Shown: positions 36,115 through 46,995, counted from the whole stretch's first letter. The stretch: 63,409 nucleotides of DNA, filler included, from Sanchytrium tribonematis (GCA_018985235.1; 15 parts of 15 records of this genome joined end to end with filler, not necessarily neighbours in it), one strand, 5' to 3'. A program made the numbers and translations. The notes: generated by a model not told the origin, from the letters alone.

Positions 36115-36726
36115 ATGTTTCACCAAATCAAACGATATGCTCATTTGATTTCAAAGCCTGCACCAAACTTTACTGGTCAAGCAGTTTACGATGGAGGATT
36201 TAAAAGTGTATCATTAAATGATTACAAGGGCAAGTATCTGGTGAAGGTTTGGATTCCATTTAGTTTTACTTTTGTCTGTCCAACGGAAATTACTGCCTAT
36301 AATGATGCCAAAGAACATTTTAAAAAATTAAATACAGAGGTATTGTTTGCATCTTGTGATAGTAAATTCAGCAATTATCAGTGGACCCAAATGCCTCGTT
36401 CTAAAGGAGGACTTGGTAAATTATCTTACCCTTTCCTAAGCGACCATAGCAAAGAAATTGCACTCAAATACGATGTATTACTGCCTGACCAAATGCCTTT
36501 AAGAGCTAATTTCATTATTGACAAGAAGGGAATTGTCAAACATACTACATTCAATGATAGAGATGTGGGAAGAAGTGTCGATGAAACTTTGCGACTTATT
36601 GAAGCATATCAATTTGCAGAAGAACATGGGGAAGTTTGTCCAGCAAATTGGAAGAAAGGCAGCAGTACAATGAAGGGAGACGTTAAAGAATCTTTGAAAT
36701 ATTTTTCAAAGTTACAAGATAAATAA
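36115..36726 (+). CDS. Typical 2-Cys peroxiredoxin
   Basis: FTFVCPTEI, GGLG, GRSVDETLR, GEVCPANW, KYF. Confidence 0.94.
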   Translation: MFHQIKRYAHLISKPAPNFTGQAVYDGGFKSVSLNDYKGKYLVKVWIPFSFTFVCPTEITAYNDAKEHFKKLNTEVLFASCDSKFSNYQWTQMPRSKGGLGKLSYPFLSDHSKEIALKYDVLLPDQMPLRANFIIDKKGIVKHTTFNDRDVGRSVDETLRLIEAYQFAEEHGEVCPANWKKGSSTMKGDVKESLKYFSKLQDK

Positions 36727-36734
36727 AAAGGCCC

Positions 36735-37181
36735 ATGTTTTCAAAGATTTCTATTCAAAACAATGAATACCATGTTTTTAATTTGAAAGGGATTTACCTA
36801 GGGCTTAAATTAATATGTAAATTCGTAGAAAATGAATTGGTTATAGTAGTTATTCCATTTCATCCTGCAATCTCAGAACAAGGAAAATATAAAATAAAAA
36901 GCGCATCCAATTCATTGCTCAGCAAACAAGCCAGGGTAGCGGCACTTCAAGAAGGACTCAGTAATCCTCAAAAAGAAAACATAGTCAATTTCAATGCTGA
37001 CTTATTAAGGGAAACCTGTCCCCGTCAATTTAATCAGCTTATTCAAAATCAAATTTTAATGACAAATAGAATTTTGAGAGGCTATAGTTCTACTCCGAAT
37101 CCATACAGGGATCAATTTGATTTCGAAAATTATAGGCAAGAGTGGGAAAAAACGGCTACTATCAAGATATATAAAAAATAA
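36735..37181 (+). CDS. Hypothetical protein
   Basis: ATG-initiated 148-aa ORF filling the gap in a dense contig; stop lies within AATAAA. Confidence 0.6.
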   Translation: MFSKISIQNNEYHVFNLKGIYLGLKLICKFVENELVIVVIPFHPAISEQGKYKIKSASNSLLSKQARVAALQEGLSNPQKENIVNFNADLLRETCPRQFNQLIQNQILMTNRILRGYSSTPNPYRDQFDFENYRQEWEKTATIKIYKK

Positions 37182-37208
37182 ATTTTTGACAAGCCTCACG
37201 ATACTCAA

Positions 37209-37832
37209 ATGAATCCATATAAAATCTTGAGATTTTCAAACACTATATTTGCTATGATGGGAATTATGTTTTCATTATGCGGCAGCTTGGGAATTGCTTT
37301 GGGGAAATTAGATATGGCTCCTGCAAGCACAGATCTTTTAATTGATATGATTTGTATTGGGGTTGTCGCTATGTTGGTTACATTTTTAGCTGCATCTGGA
37401 ATGAGAGGAAATTCCACGCATCTAAAAATTTACGTTGCTTTTGTAACATTAATACTTTTTGCTCAAGCAGCGGTTGGGTTTTATGCCATAAAGCGACAAG
37501 AAGAGATGCAATCTTATATGAGAAACAAGTGGGAATCAAGCACAAATCAAATAAAGAGCGACATTCAATTAAGGCTAAGTTGCTGCGGTTTTTATAACAA
37601 TACGGATTTGCCATTTAAGGAAGGCGGAGATGGAAAATGCGTTCCTGGAAATAACAATCCTGGGTGTTACACGAAACTTAAAGATACTCAAATCAATTAT
37701 TCTACTGCCTTTATGTCTGTCTGTTTCTCCCTATTACTTGTTGAGATACTTTGCATTGGTGGCGCAATTCTGATTTTGAAAACTGGACAGCCAGAAGAAT
37801 ATTTCACAGGAAAAGAACCCAGAGATCTTTAA
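37209..37832 (+). CDS. Tetraspanin
   Basis: Four TM segments, LSCCGF and PGCY in the large loop. Confidence 0.9.
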   Translation: MNPYKILRFSNTIFAMMGIMFSLCGSLGIALGKLDMAPASTDLLIDMICIGVVAMLVTFLAASGMRGNSTHLKIYVAFVTLILFAQAAVGFYAIKRQEEMQSYMRNKWESSTNQIKSDIQLRLSCCGFYNNTDLPFKEGGDGKCVPGNNNPGCYTKLKDTQINYSTAFMSVCFSLLLVEILCIGGAILILKTGQPEEYFTGKEPRDL

Positions 37833-37913
37833 TAATAAATTTGGAACTTAGGACTCAGAGAACTGGATTTGAAATTCAGTGCCTTTCATTTTTTCATTTT
37901 CACAAGTAAAACA

Positions 37914-38189
37914 ATGGTTGAGACAAATTGCCTGCAATGTGGAAAAGTCCAAAAATTAAGTGCAAAATGCATCTTCTGTAAAAATTCTTTGCTTTCTGTG
38001 AAGGAAAATGAAGCAAATTTTTCGGCAATGTTTCCTGATCAACAAAAATGGAAAGAAGCACTTGATGTGAAGCAACGGATGCTTCAATTTGATCGAGCAG
38101 AGCATAAAAGCGAAATCTACGACCAGAATGTTCCAAATAATAATTTTGTGGAAGAAAAAAAATTAAAAATCAAGTGGTCTCAAAAATAA
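37914..38189 (+). CDS. Reduced Rqt4/TRIP4-like zinc-finger protein (91 aa)
   Basis: NCLQCGKV..KCIFCKNSLL...EALDVKQRMLQFDR..SEIYD resembles the zf-C2HC5 second half and its downstream motif. Confidence 0.6.
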   Translation: MVETNCLQCGKVQKLSAKCIFCKNSLLSVKENEANFSAMFPDQQKWKEALDVKQRMLQFDRAEHKSEIYDQNVPNNNFVEEKKLKIKWSQK

Positions 38190-38309
38190 CTCCAGTAAAT
38201 TGAGTGTTCTAATAGAAATTTCACTTTTTGACATTCGGGCAAGTTGACGTGTTTTTGAATTGATTCTTAGCCTCGTTTTGGGGAAGTTGAAACTTGTCTT
38301 TTAGTACAA

Positions 38310-41300
38310 ATGATCAAAGAATTGCACTTGACTAATTTCAAGTCTTATGGCTTTGCAAAAATTGAGTTCAAAACATTTGCTTGTATATGTGGGACCAATG
38401 GATCTGGTAAGAGCAATATTTTAGATGGCCTAGCTTTTGGATTGGCTGTGGGTGCTCAACAATTAAGGTGTAGCAGCATTAAAGAGCTATTACGCGAAGG
38501 TGAAGATTCAGGTTATGTGAAAATTGTCATGAAAATTGGAGAAGAGGAAACTGTTTTTCAAAGAAATTTAAATATTCAAGGCCATTGCGAATACAAAATT
38601 GACGGCAAAACATTAAGCTACGGAAGCTACGTTGACAGGCTTAATCAATACAATGTTCTAGTCAAGGTAAGAAATTTTGTGGTATTTCAAGGTGATATTG
38701 AGCAACTTGCCGCACAATCAAGTAAAGACTTGACAAGATTAATTGAAAACATTTCTGGAAGTTATGAATTAAAAACTGAGTATGATCAATTGAAGCAAGA
38801 ATACGAAAAGGCTAATGATATAAGTTTGACCAACTTTAGTAAGAAGAAAGGGATAAATGCGGAATTAAAATCAGTATTGGAGCAAAAGCAACAAGCAGAT
38901 CAATGGGGGAAATTACACGCTGATAAAAAGACTTTAGTTAAAACATTATCTCTTTGGAAATTATGGCACATCGACAGTGATTTGATAAAACTTGATGAAT
39001 CCATCGAAGTGATCGAAAACGAAGAAAGTGAATTAATCGCCATGAAGGATTCAAGCGATGAAGCTGCCAAGGAAATTGAAGCGAAATTAAAAAATGCCCG
39101 TCAACAGCTGGAAGTTCGATCTAATGACCTGGACAAACTTCAAAAGAGTTTGAATGACGAATTAGGTGAGAAAAGAGCTTCTAGCGACAGATTTTCACAA
39201 TTGATAGAAAAAGAAAAAGACTTGGTCTCCAAAAAAGAATCAATTTTGCACAAGCGAGAAATGAGACAAAATTTTCTTAGAGATATCAATTCGAGACAAA
39301 AAGAACTTCAAATGGAGATTGATGAAAAAAGAGCTTTATTGCCTAAAGAAGTAAAGAAGAACGCCAAAGTCATGTCCTTGTATGACAATCTCAAACAAAA
39401 ATATCTTTTACAATGCGGAGACGATGTTCAAAAGCTGGAAAGCATGAATATCAAAATTGAGCAGTTTGAGCGAAATGCGTTCCAATGTAAGATTAAGAGC
39501 GAAAATCTTGAAAATAAATTGGAAGAAACAGGTGCAAACTTGCGCGAGTCAGAGGATCGTTTGATCTCATTAGATTCTCAAAAAAAAGATCTTAGGAATA
39601 GTTTGTCAGATAAAACCTTGGCTATGAGTCAATTGAAAAGCAAAGTCTCGGATGTATTGGAACAGAAAGAGAAGCTAAAATCAAAACTCGCTTCTACCCT
39701 TTCTGATATACAGCAATGTCAGAGCATGGAAGAAACTAAGAATCGCGAGAAGAATTTACTAAATATTGTAAGCACGTTGAAAGGATTATATCAGGGCGTC
39801 CATGGTCGGATTGTTGACGTTTGCACCCCCAAAGATGATAGTATTCACGGAGTATTGTCTCTTGCTCTTGGTCGATATTCTGATGCAGTCATTGTTGAAA
39901 GCGAAAGCGTGGCACTTGATTGTATCACGTTTATGAAAAAACAAAGATATTTTCCTCTTACTTTTTTACCGATTGATAGATTAGATAGAAAGACTAATTT
40001 TCAAAAGTATCGCAATTCGCCTTTTAAAGAGCTTGGGGCTGTATTATTGATTGATTGTCTAGAATTTAACGAAAGATTTCAAAAGGCTGTCGAATATTCT
40101 TGTGGAAGCATCTTAATTGTTGACAGTCTCAAGAATGCAAAAAAGATTGCTTTTGAATTAAATGAAAGAGAAAAATTAGTCACTCTCACAGGGGAAATCA
40201 TTTACAAAAATGGATCAATGAGCGGCGGATCTTTAAATGAAAAATCCAAATTTACAAAATCGCAAATTGAAAAACTTCAAGCAGAAAAATCTAAAATTTT
40301 AAAGGCCATTCAGTCATTAGCAGATAAAAAGGACGAATTACATTTAAAGGAATTGGATGACGAAATCGAAACCATCAACGTCCAGTTGGATAGAAACAAC
40401 AAAGCTATCTTAAAAGCTAATGAAGATCAAAAAGAATTTCAAAAGCTAATATCCAGTTACAAGAATGATTTAGAATCTCAAGATAACACCTATGAAGACT
40501 TCATGCAACAGGTAGGGCTAAGAAAAGAACTTTATCAGGACTCACTCTCAAAACTTAGAGAATTTGAAAAAAAGCATTACAAACCTTTGCTTGATCTTAC
40601 TAGGTGCAAATCCATTCAAGAATATGAAGAATGTGAAGTGGCAATATCGAACAACAAGTTAATTGAGTTTGAAAATAAGGAGAAAGAACTAATCGAAATT
40701 CATAAGGAAAAAGATTTAGTAATTCAAAAAATTGAGCTCGATGGTAAAAAATTGATTTTGATTGAAAAATCTTTACAAGACTCAATACAAACAAGATCGG
40801 AGATTTCTATTGAGCTTAAGCATCTTACAAAGTTATGCGATAGCATCAAAAAGAAACTTGATGATTTATATTCTAAATACGTCGCTGAATTAAAAAAATC
40901 AGTTGCCAATTACGATGATGAAATGCAGCTTCATCTTGAAAATTCAAAAAAATGTGCAAAGCTCTTGTCCAAGAAGAAAGATGAAATTAGAAAGTTACTG
41001 AATAATAAAGCGAGGCTGTTTGATAGGAAAGCATCGGAAGTTAGAATGTGTAAAATTAAAGATGTTGATGTAGAATTAGTGGACCAAGATATGAAAGAAG
41101 CTGTAAATACACAAATGATTGTCGGCGAAGTCAATATAGATAATGATAACACATTAACTGAGGAAACAAAACAACTAGGGCAAATTCAAATTGATTATGA
41201 AGTTCTTGAAATAAAGTATCGGGAAAATTCTGGTGCTGAGATTGAAATTGAACTAGAAAACGACATCAAAAAAATTGAGGCCGAAATGGAGACACTTGGA

Positions 41301-41934
41301 AACTTTCACCACGTCCAAGAAAAACTGCAAGAAGTCGAATCTAAATTGAAATTATCCGAGAAGGATTTTAATCGTTCAAAAAAAGACGCGAGATCCACCA
41401 AGCAAGACTTCATGGAAGTAAAGAAGAGCAGAGTAGGAAAATTTATGGAGGCCTTTTCTGTGATGTCAGACAACATTGATCATATTTACAAGCAGTTAAC
41501 TGCCAGCAGATCGCTGGAAAGCGGCGGAACTGCTTATTTGACACTAGATGACAATGAAGAGCCTTATGACTCATTAGTTCATTATCATACGATGCCACCT
41601 GCCAAGAGATTTAGAGAAATGGAAAATTTGAGCGGCGGAGAGAGAACTTTGGTAATTTTCTTTAATTTAGGCTGCACTGGCTTTGATATTCACAATTCAA
41701 AAGTATCGAAAAAGTCCGTTTATAATCTTAGACGAAGTTGATGCAGCATTAGATTCTCAAAATGTACGTAAATTGGTCCAGTTTCTAGTCAAAGTGGCAT
41801 TAAAAGATACCCAAATCATCATGATTAGTCACAAAAGCACAGTTTATGAAAGGGCCGAAGCTTTAATTGGTGTGTACAAAAAGGAGCAAGATTCGCAGGT
41901 GGTAACCTTGGACCTTTCGAAATATGAGGAATAA
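38310..41934 (+). CDS. SMC1: Cohesin subunit SMC1, about 1201 aa; 19-nt intron 41652-41670
   Basis: NFKSY, GTNGSGKSN, NFVVFQGDIE, hinge GVHGRIVD, PPAKRFREMENLSGGERTL|AALAL, FIILDEVDAALD, MISHK. Confidence 0.95.
41652..41670 (+). other. 19-nt GT-AG intron GTAATTTTCTTTAATTTAG
   Basis: Restores the ABC signature LSGGERTLAALAL and Walker B. Confidence 0.95.
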
Positions 41935-41954
41935 ATAAAACAAAGTTTCTCCTC

Positions 41955-43398
41955 ATGGCAGAATTTTCTGACCCGCTTAAAGTTTTACTGCCCGTATCTC
42001 CATTTGCATGTAAAATGTGCAATATTAAATTGGTAAATGAGGAATTTACGTTTTTGACGTGCATCAAATGCAATAGTGTTGTACATCCGGAGTGTTGCAG
42101 TATTTTTCCAAAAGATTATTTAGAAAAAGGAATTTTGTTGGGCGATCGATATTTTCAGTATACCTGCATAATGTGTCATCCAGATGGTGAAATCCTAAAG
42201 CGTCCTACTGTAATGTGGTTGGCATATGTCGAACTTGTACTTTATCATCTATTTCGCACAAGTCCAGGCATTCAAGATGGTAGTACATTTTGGAAAATGA
42301 ATATGAAGCTATTGCCTATCCGCTATTACGACGCAAAAGATGAAATTTTTCCACTGATTGAAGAATACTGGGAATTTCTCATGCCTAAAAAAGATCGCCC
42401 CAAGCAATTGCTTAACAAATTCAATTCAACCTTAAATTCTAATTCAATCAAAGTTTTTTTAAGAATGCATGACAAATCAAATTCTTGGTCTCTTCGTAAT
42501 CCCGTTTTACCTAATTCTGACCCTAGAGTTATGAATCGCGTTAAAGCAAATAGCAAAGAATTCGCGCACAAATTCCAAATATTACAAAATGAGTGTGTGC
42601 CAGAGGTCATGTTTAGGTTATTTTCTACTGTATGCCCGATTGTAGATCTTCGCCACGAAGAGATTCTATATATTCAATTAAAAAATCAAAGCAATACAAT
42701 GCCACTATCAACCAAGGATCGCCGCCTGATGGCAAAGCTTAGGCTGCGAAAATTAAAAAGAGACAACAATTGTTCTTTATATGACTTAGATAACGAAATT
42801 GCTAGCTATTTATTGCAAAGAGTCAACGCGCCTTTGGAGGTACAAATTATAAAACACAATGGTCTACCTCACACTGACAATGGCCATTCTGCTGAGATGA
42901 CTAGTGACAGAGTTGTCAATGCTTTTAATCCAGAAAAGCGACCTCGTATCCATGTTGTTCCACTCTCACAAGTGGATCAAGATGGATTTGTGTCTTTTTT
43001 GAATTTTCATTATAAAACTAAAATTGATAGTAACTACAGCTAACGCAGTATCGAAGCATACTAATGATATAAACAATGGTGTATTAGCAAAGTACAATAA
43101 TCAAATTGTTGCAGTTGGTCTCTTGTCAGATAGATTTACACATGCCAATATTGACCGATCTCCAGTGCATACCAAAGATATTGATGAAATATTCTTTTTA
43201 AGGTCAATAATAGACGATCCAGAAATGATTCAGGATCTTATAAAATATTTATGCGGTCGAACATTATCAAAAATTAAATTTTTCGGGACAAAGGACGATC
43301 CAATTGTATACCATTTAGAAAAATTTGGATTCCAAATTGAGTCTCAACAACCAATGAATCACACAACAGCCATACGAATGGGTTGGAATCGCCAATAA
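41955..43398 (+). CDS. KAT14/CSRP2BP-like protein (PHD, winged helix, degenerate GNAT); 19-nt intron 43030-43048
   Basis: CKMC..CIKC..HPEC..GDRYFQYTCIMC..WLAYVELVLYHL; RRLMAKLRLRKLKR; C-terminal GNAT-like YHLEKFGF. Confidence 0.65.
43030..43048 (+). other. 19-nt GT-AG intron GTAACTACAGCTAACGCAG with canonical GCTAAC branch site
   Basis: Joins two overlapping ORFs; branch A at -6. Confidence 0.85.
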
Positions 43399-43425
43399 AT
43401 TGTTTTTTATACACAAAGCGACGTG

Positions 43426-44566
43426 ATGGACGAAGTTTTAAAATGCATTTCCAAAATTCTATTGCACAGACACATTTTCCCAGAAAAATGTTTTGACAGA
43501 AAAAGTGGGATGCTGAGAAAAGGATCATATCCTTCAGCAGACATTCTTTTGGAAAAGCTTAATGTTGTTGTGCAAAGTGAGAGCAAAATTCATAGTTTTT
43601 CACTGATATTCTTAAGAGATCAGTCTTTCAAAGAAGTTTGGAATTTTTATCTTAAGAACGAGACCAAAATGGACTCAAATTGGGACTGTAACTTGCAAGA
43701 CATGGGATTTTTAAATGTGAACAATGTCTTGCTACAAGTGCATTATCTGATGGAAATTGGAGAAAAACAGCCTATGAATGGATTCTCTGACTGCAATATA
43801 AATGCACCCGGCGAAGATGAACCTGTAGGTGTCACCACAAATGGGGTTATGGTGTCAGTTTGGCAAGAAAACGAGAATGCGGAGAGCAGAACAGATTGTT
43901 CGTACTCGACAGCTGACTGCAGCAGTGTATTCGCTTCTAATTCTCAAAATGTTGTTGCTGTTGACAGTCAGTCCAAATTCGATTGCATTTGTGGAAAGCC
44001 AAGCGAAACCGATTCTCGTAATATGGTAATTTTTATTTAGTAAGACTAAGTGCAAAGAATGTGGAAACACTTGCCACTTTTTCTGCGCTGGTTTAAAGAA
44101 TCCTAAATCATTTGAAGCTACCACTTTTGTATGCCACAATTGCAGAAGTACAATTTCGAAATATTTGGGTGACAGTGCTTTCAAGTCATTTTTAATTGAT
44201 CTTGCCTTATTAAGAAGAATCGTCAGATACTCAAGATTGCGACCATTTGGAAGCTGGTTTTCCATTAGTGAGCTGGAGATTGCGGCTGAAGCCAGTAGTC
44301 AATCAATTAAGAAATTGATCCTAATATTAATGGATATGGACTACGCCACATTTATGTATGAAAATAACGCAATTAAATGCTTCACTGAAAGCCAACTAAA
44401 TGAAAAGTTTATGCTTAGCTTCCCAGTGACTAGAAATTCCAACGATGTGATTCGATTGGTCTTCAGTGAAGAAACCATGACGTACAAATACTTTAAGAAG
44501 TACAATAATCCGAGAGATCTATGGAAGTCCTTCATGTCCTCAGGAGAAGCTACAATGAGGGAATAA
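43426..44566 (+). CDS. HOP1: Hop1-like meiotic HORMA protein (HORMA, PHD, winged helix), about 373 aa; 19-nt intron 44026-44044
   Basis: CISKILLHRHIFPEKCF (HORMA start); spliced PHD CICG...M|TKCKECGNTCHFFCAG...CHNC; DLALLRRI wHTH. Confidence 0.7.
44026..44044 (+). other. 19-nt GT-AG intron GTAATTTTTATTTAGTAAG
   Basis: Restores a C4HC3 PHD; the nearer AG (15 nt) would give an immediate stop. Confidence 0.9.
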
Positions 44567-44589
44567 ATAAATTGAAACTTAAAAAAAGC

Positions 44590-44662
44590 AGCCCGATACG
44601 GGGCTCGAACCCGTGGCCCTTAGATTAAGAGTCTAATGCTCTACCAACTGAGCTAACCGGGC
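44590..44662 (-). tRNA. tRNA-Lys(CTT)
   Basis: GCCCGGTTAGCTCAGTTGGTAGAGCATTAGACTCTTAATCTAAGGGCCACGGGTTCGAGCCCCGTATCGGGCT cloverleaf, followed by a T7 Pol III terminator (44581-44587). Confidence 0.96.
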
Positions 44663-44831
44663 GCTCAATCATTACTTGAAATTGGATATAGATACCCTGT
44701 AAAATCACTTTAAGTCACTCTAAGTTATGTTTTATCATGCTACAAAATGCTTTTAACTTGTCAATTTTATGAATTGATAACAAATTTGACTTAATTATTT
44801 TATTGTTTTTTATTAAAATTTTTTCTTACCA

Positions 44832-45206
44832 ATGAGTGACAATGATTCATCCAATATTGAATTATACAGTCCTGTCAAAAAGATAAATTTTGAGCTCACG
44901 ATTCCAGATTTGAGTAAGGATATTCAAAAGCCTAATGGCCCATCAATTCCTATCACTCTTTCAAAACCCATTGAGAACGATAAAGATACTGAAATGACTG
45001 ATAGAGAAACTGAATCAGAATTAGCAGCAAAGGAAATCGATAATTTTGATCATTTCAAATTTACAGCAAAGCCCTGGAATTGTGTCGATACAGAAACATT
45101 AAATATTGAAGAACCAACAGAAGTTCAAATTAATTTTGATAGGGCTGTGTACAGGGTAATAGAACGATTGAAATAGATTAATTTAATCATTGGACTGATG
45201 GATTAA
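44832..45206 (+). CDS. Hypothetical protein; ends at 45176 unspliced or 45206 if the 21-nt intron 45156-45176 is removed
   Basis: ATG ORF; GTAATAGAACGATTGAAATAG fits the GTA..T-8/A-6..TAG consensus. Confidence 0.55.
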
Positions 45207-45254
45207 GTCACAAAATTAACTTAATAAATTTTAACACAATAATTTTTGCAACAA

Positions 45255-45584
45255 ATGACCACAGGATTTGATTTTTCATTATCTGCTAGAAATGAACATT
45301 TGACTGGAGACAAAACCAAGAACTTCAAAGTCAAGACTACGAAAACAGGTACAACGATTGTTGGAATTGTTTATAAAGACGGTGTTGTATTAGGCGCTGA
45401 TACTAGGGCAACAGCTGGACAAGTTGTAGCTGACAAAAACTGTACCAAAATACATTATATTGCACCAAATATATACTGCTGTGGAGCCGGGACTGCTGCT
45501 GACACTGACTATACCACTAATATGGCAAGATATCAGTTAGAATTGCACAGCTTGGAAACTGGCTCCCATCCTCGCGTAAACACT
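45255..45584 (+). CDS. PUP1: 20S proteasome beta-2 subunit, 3' truncated
   Basis: [26 protein letters not shown]. Confidence 0.93.
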
Positions 45585-46245
45585 NNNNNNNNNNNNNNNN
45601 NNNNNNNNNNNNNNNNNNNNNNNNNNNNTTAATTAATTAANNNNNNNNNNNNNNNNNNNNNNNNNNNNNNNNNNNNNNNNNNNNTAGTCAATGCTAACCA
45701 TCTAGGACGTAATGATAATCCGATTTGTTCATAGCATTGTTCTAATCTTTTGATCGAGTCATCTGGAGAGATCTGGGGATCTTGAATGAAATCCATTTTT
45801 AAAACAAACGTGGCTTGCTTTTTGTGAAATAGATTGAAAGAACGTGATGGTGGGTACACACGATGGTGTATTGTTGAATCATCGTGGCATATTACCGATG
45901 ATTCATTTCTAATTGGATTCAAGAAGATGCTAACATTTGGAGTCAATCTCCTGGTTTTGAATAAATTTCAGATTTTTAGGTTTCTTTGATGCTTGAATAC
46001 GAATGAATGGAAACATTTTAAAGATTATATTTCATGATATAGTGTCTGATACTTGGAATACTTTAAAAGTATTATTAAGAAGCACAGAGACTAGTAGAAT
46101 TGACTAAAACTTAAAAATCTCCTAGGTTCTCCTGTCAATTGACTAAATTCTACGAATTGCGCTGTTTACCTATCTATTTCTTATCAATTGGTACAATGAA
46201 AGGTTGGACATATTGTCAATTTGCTTGTGTAATAGGAGAATCTCC

Positions 46246-46848
46246 ATGAAGCGCAAACAATTGTTATCCATTATCCAACAAATAGACCCATTTGAGAAAC
46301 CCATTATTGAATTAGAACAATATAGCACACCGGCAGACATCGCAGTAGATATTGTGAATCACGCTCAAGTCGAAAATAAAACTATTTTGGATTTAGGATG
46401 TGGTACGGGTATGTTGAGTATTTGCGCATTATTATTAGATGCAAAGCATGTTTATGCAGTAGATGTTGATGAAAATGCATTAGAAATACTACAATATAAT
46501 GTAGATGAATTTATAGAAGATTTATCATTAATTACCATTATTAATAGTGATGTACAGAATATCCCGACAATAGAAGCAGATATATGCATTTGTAATCCAC
46601 CATTTGGCACTCGACAATCCGGAATTGATAAATTATTCATTAAAAAAGGAATGGAAATGTGTCAAGAAATGTATTCTCTCCATAAATCAACTACCAGACA
46701 ACATTTAATAGATTATTGTGCTTCAATTAATTGCAAATGTAAAGTATTAGCCCAAATTCATTATAATTTAGATGCTACTTATAAATTTCACAAGAATAAA
46801 TCCAAAAATATCCAAGTCGATTTATTACAAATTACTCGGATTCAATAA
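46246..46848 (+). CDS. METTL5: METTL5-family rRNA N6-adenosine methyltransferase
   Basis: FEKPIIELEQYST, LDLGCGTG, NPPFG, YSLHKSTTR, YKFHKNKSKNIQVD. Confidence 0.88.
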   Translation: MKRKQLLSIIQQIDPFEKPIIELEQYSTPADIAVDIVNHAQVENKTILDLGCGTGMLSICALLLDAKHVYAVDVDENALEILQYNVDEFIEDLSLITIINSDVQNIPTIEADICICNPPFGTRQSGIDKLFIKKGMEMCQEMYSLHKSTTRQHLIDYCASINCKCKVLAQIHYNLDATYKFHKNKSKNIQVDLLQITRIQ

Positions 46849-46995
46849 ATTTATTGAAGTCAATATCCTTGGGATTTAAAAAGTGCAAGACTGCCAAGGC
46901 TGCTTGATTGGGGCCTACAACCAAATGAAATCTTGCCATTTTCTTCTGATTGGCTTATTTTCACTATGAATGCAATGATGGTCCATCGTATTAAA

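Noticed and set aside
24074..45584. Microsporidian or nucleomorph origin
   Set aside because: HIS4, mitochondrial PDK, NAD-GDH, calcineurin, an LPMO and a myosin-motor chitin synthase do not fit those reduced genomes.
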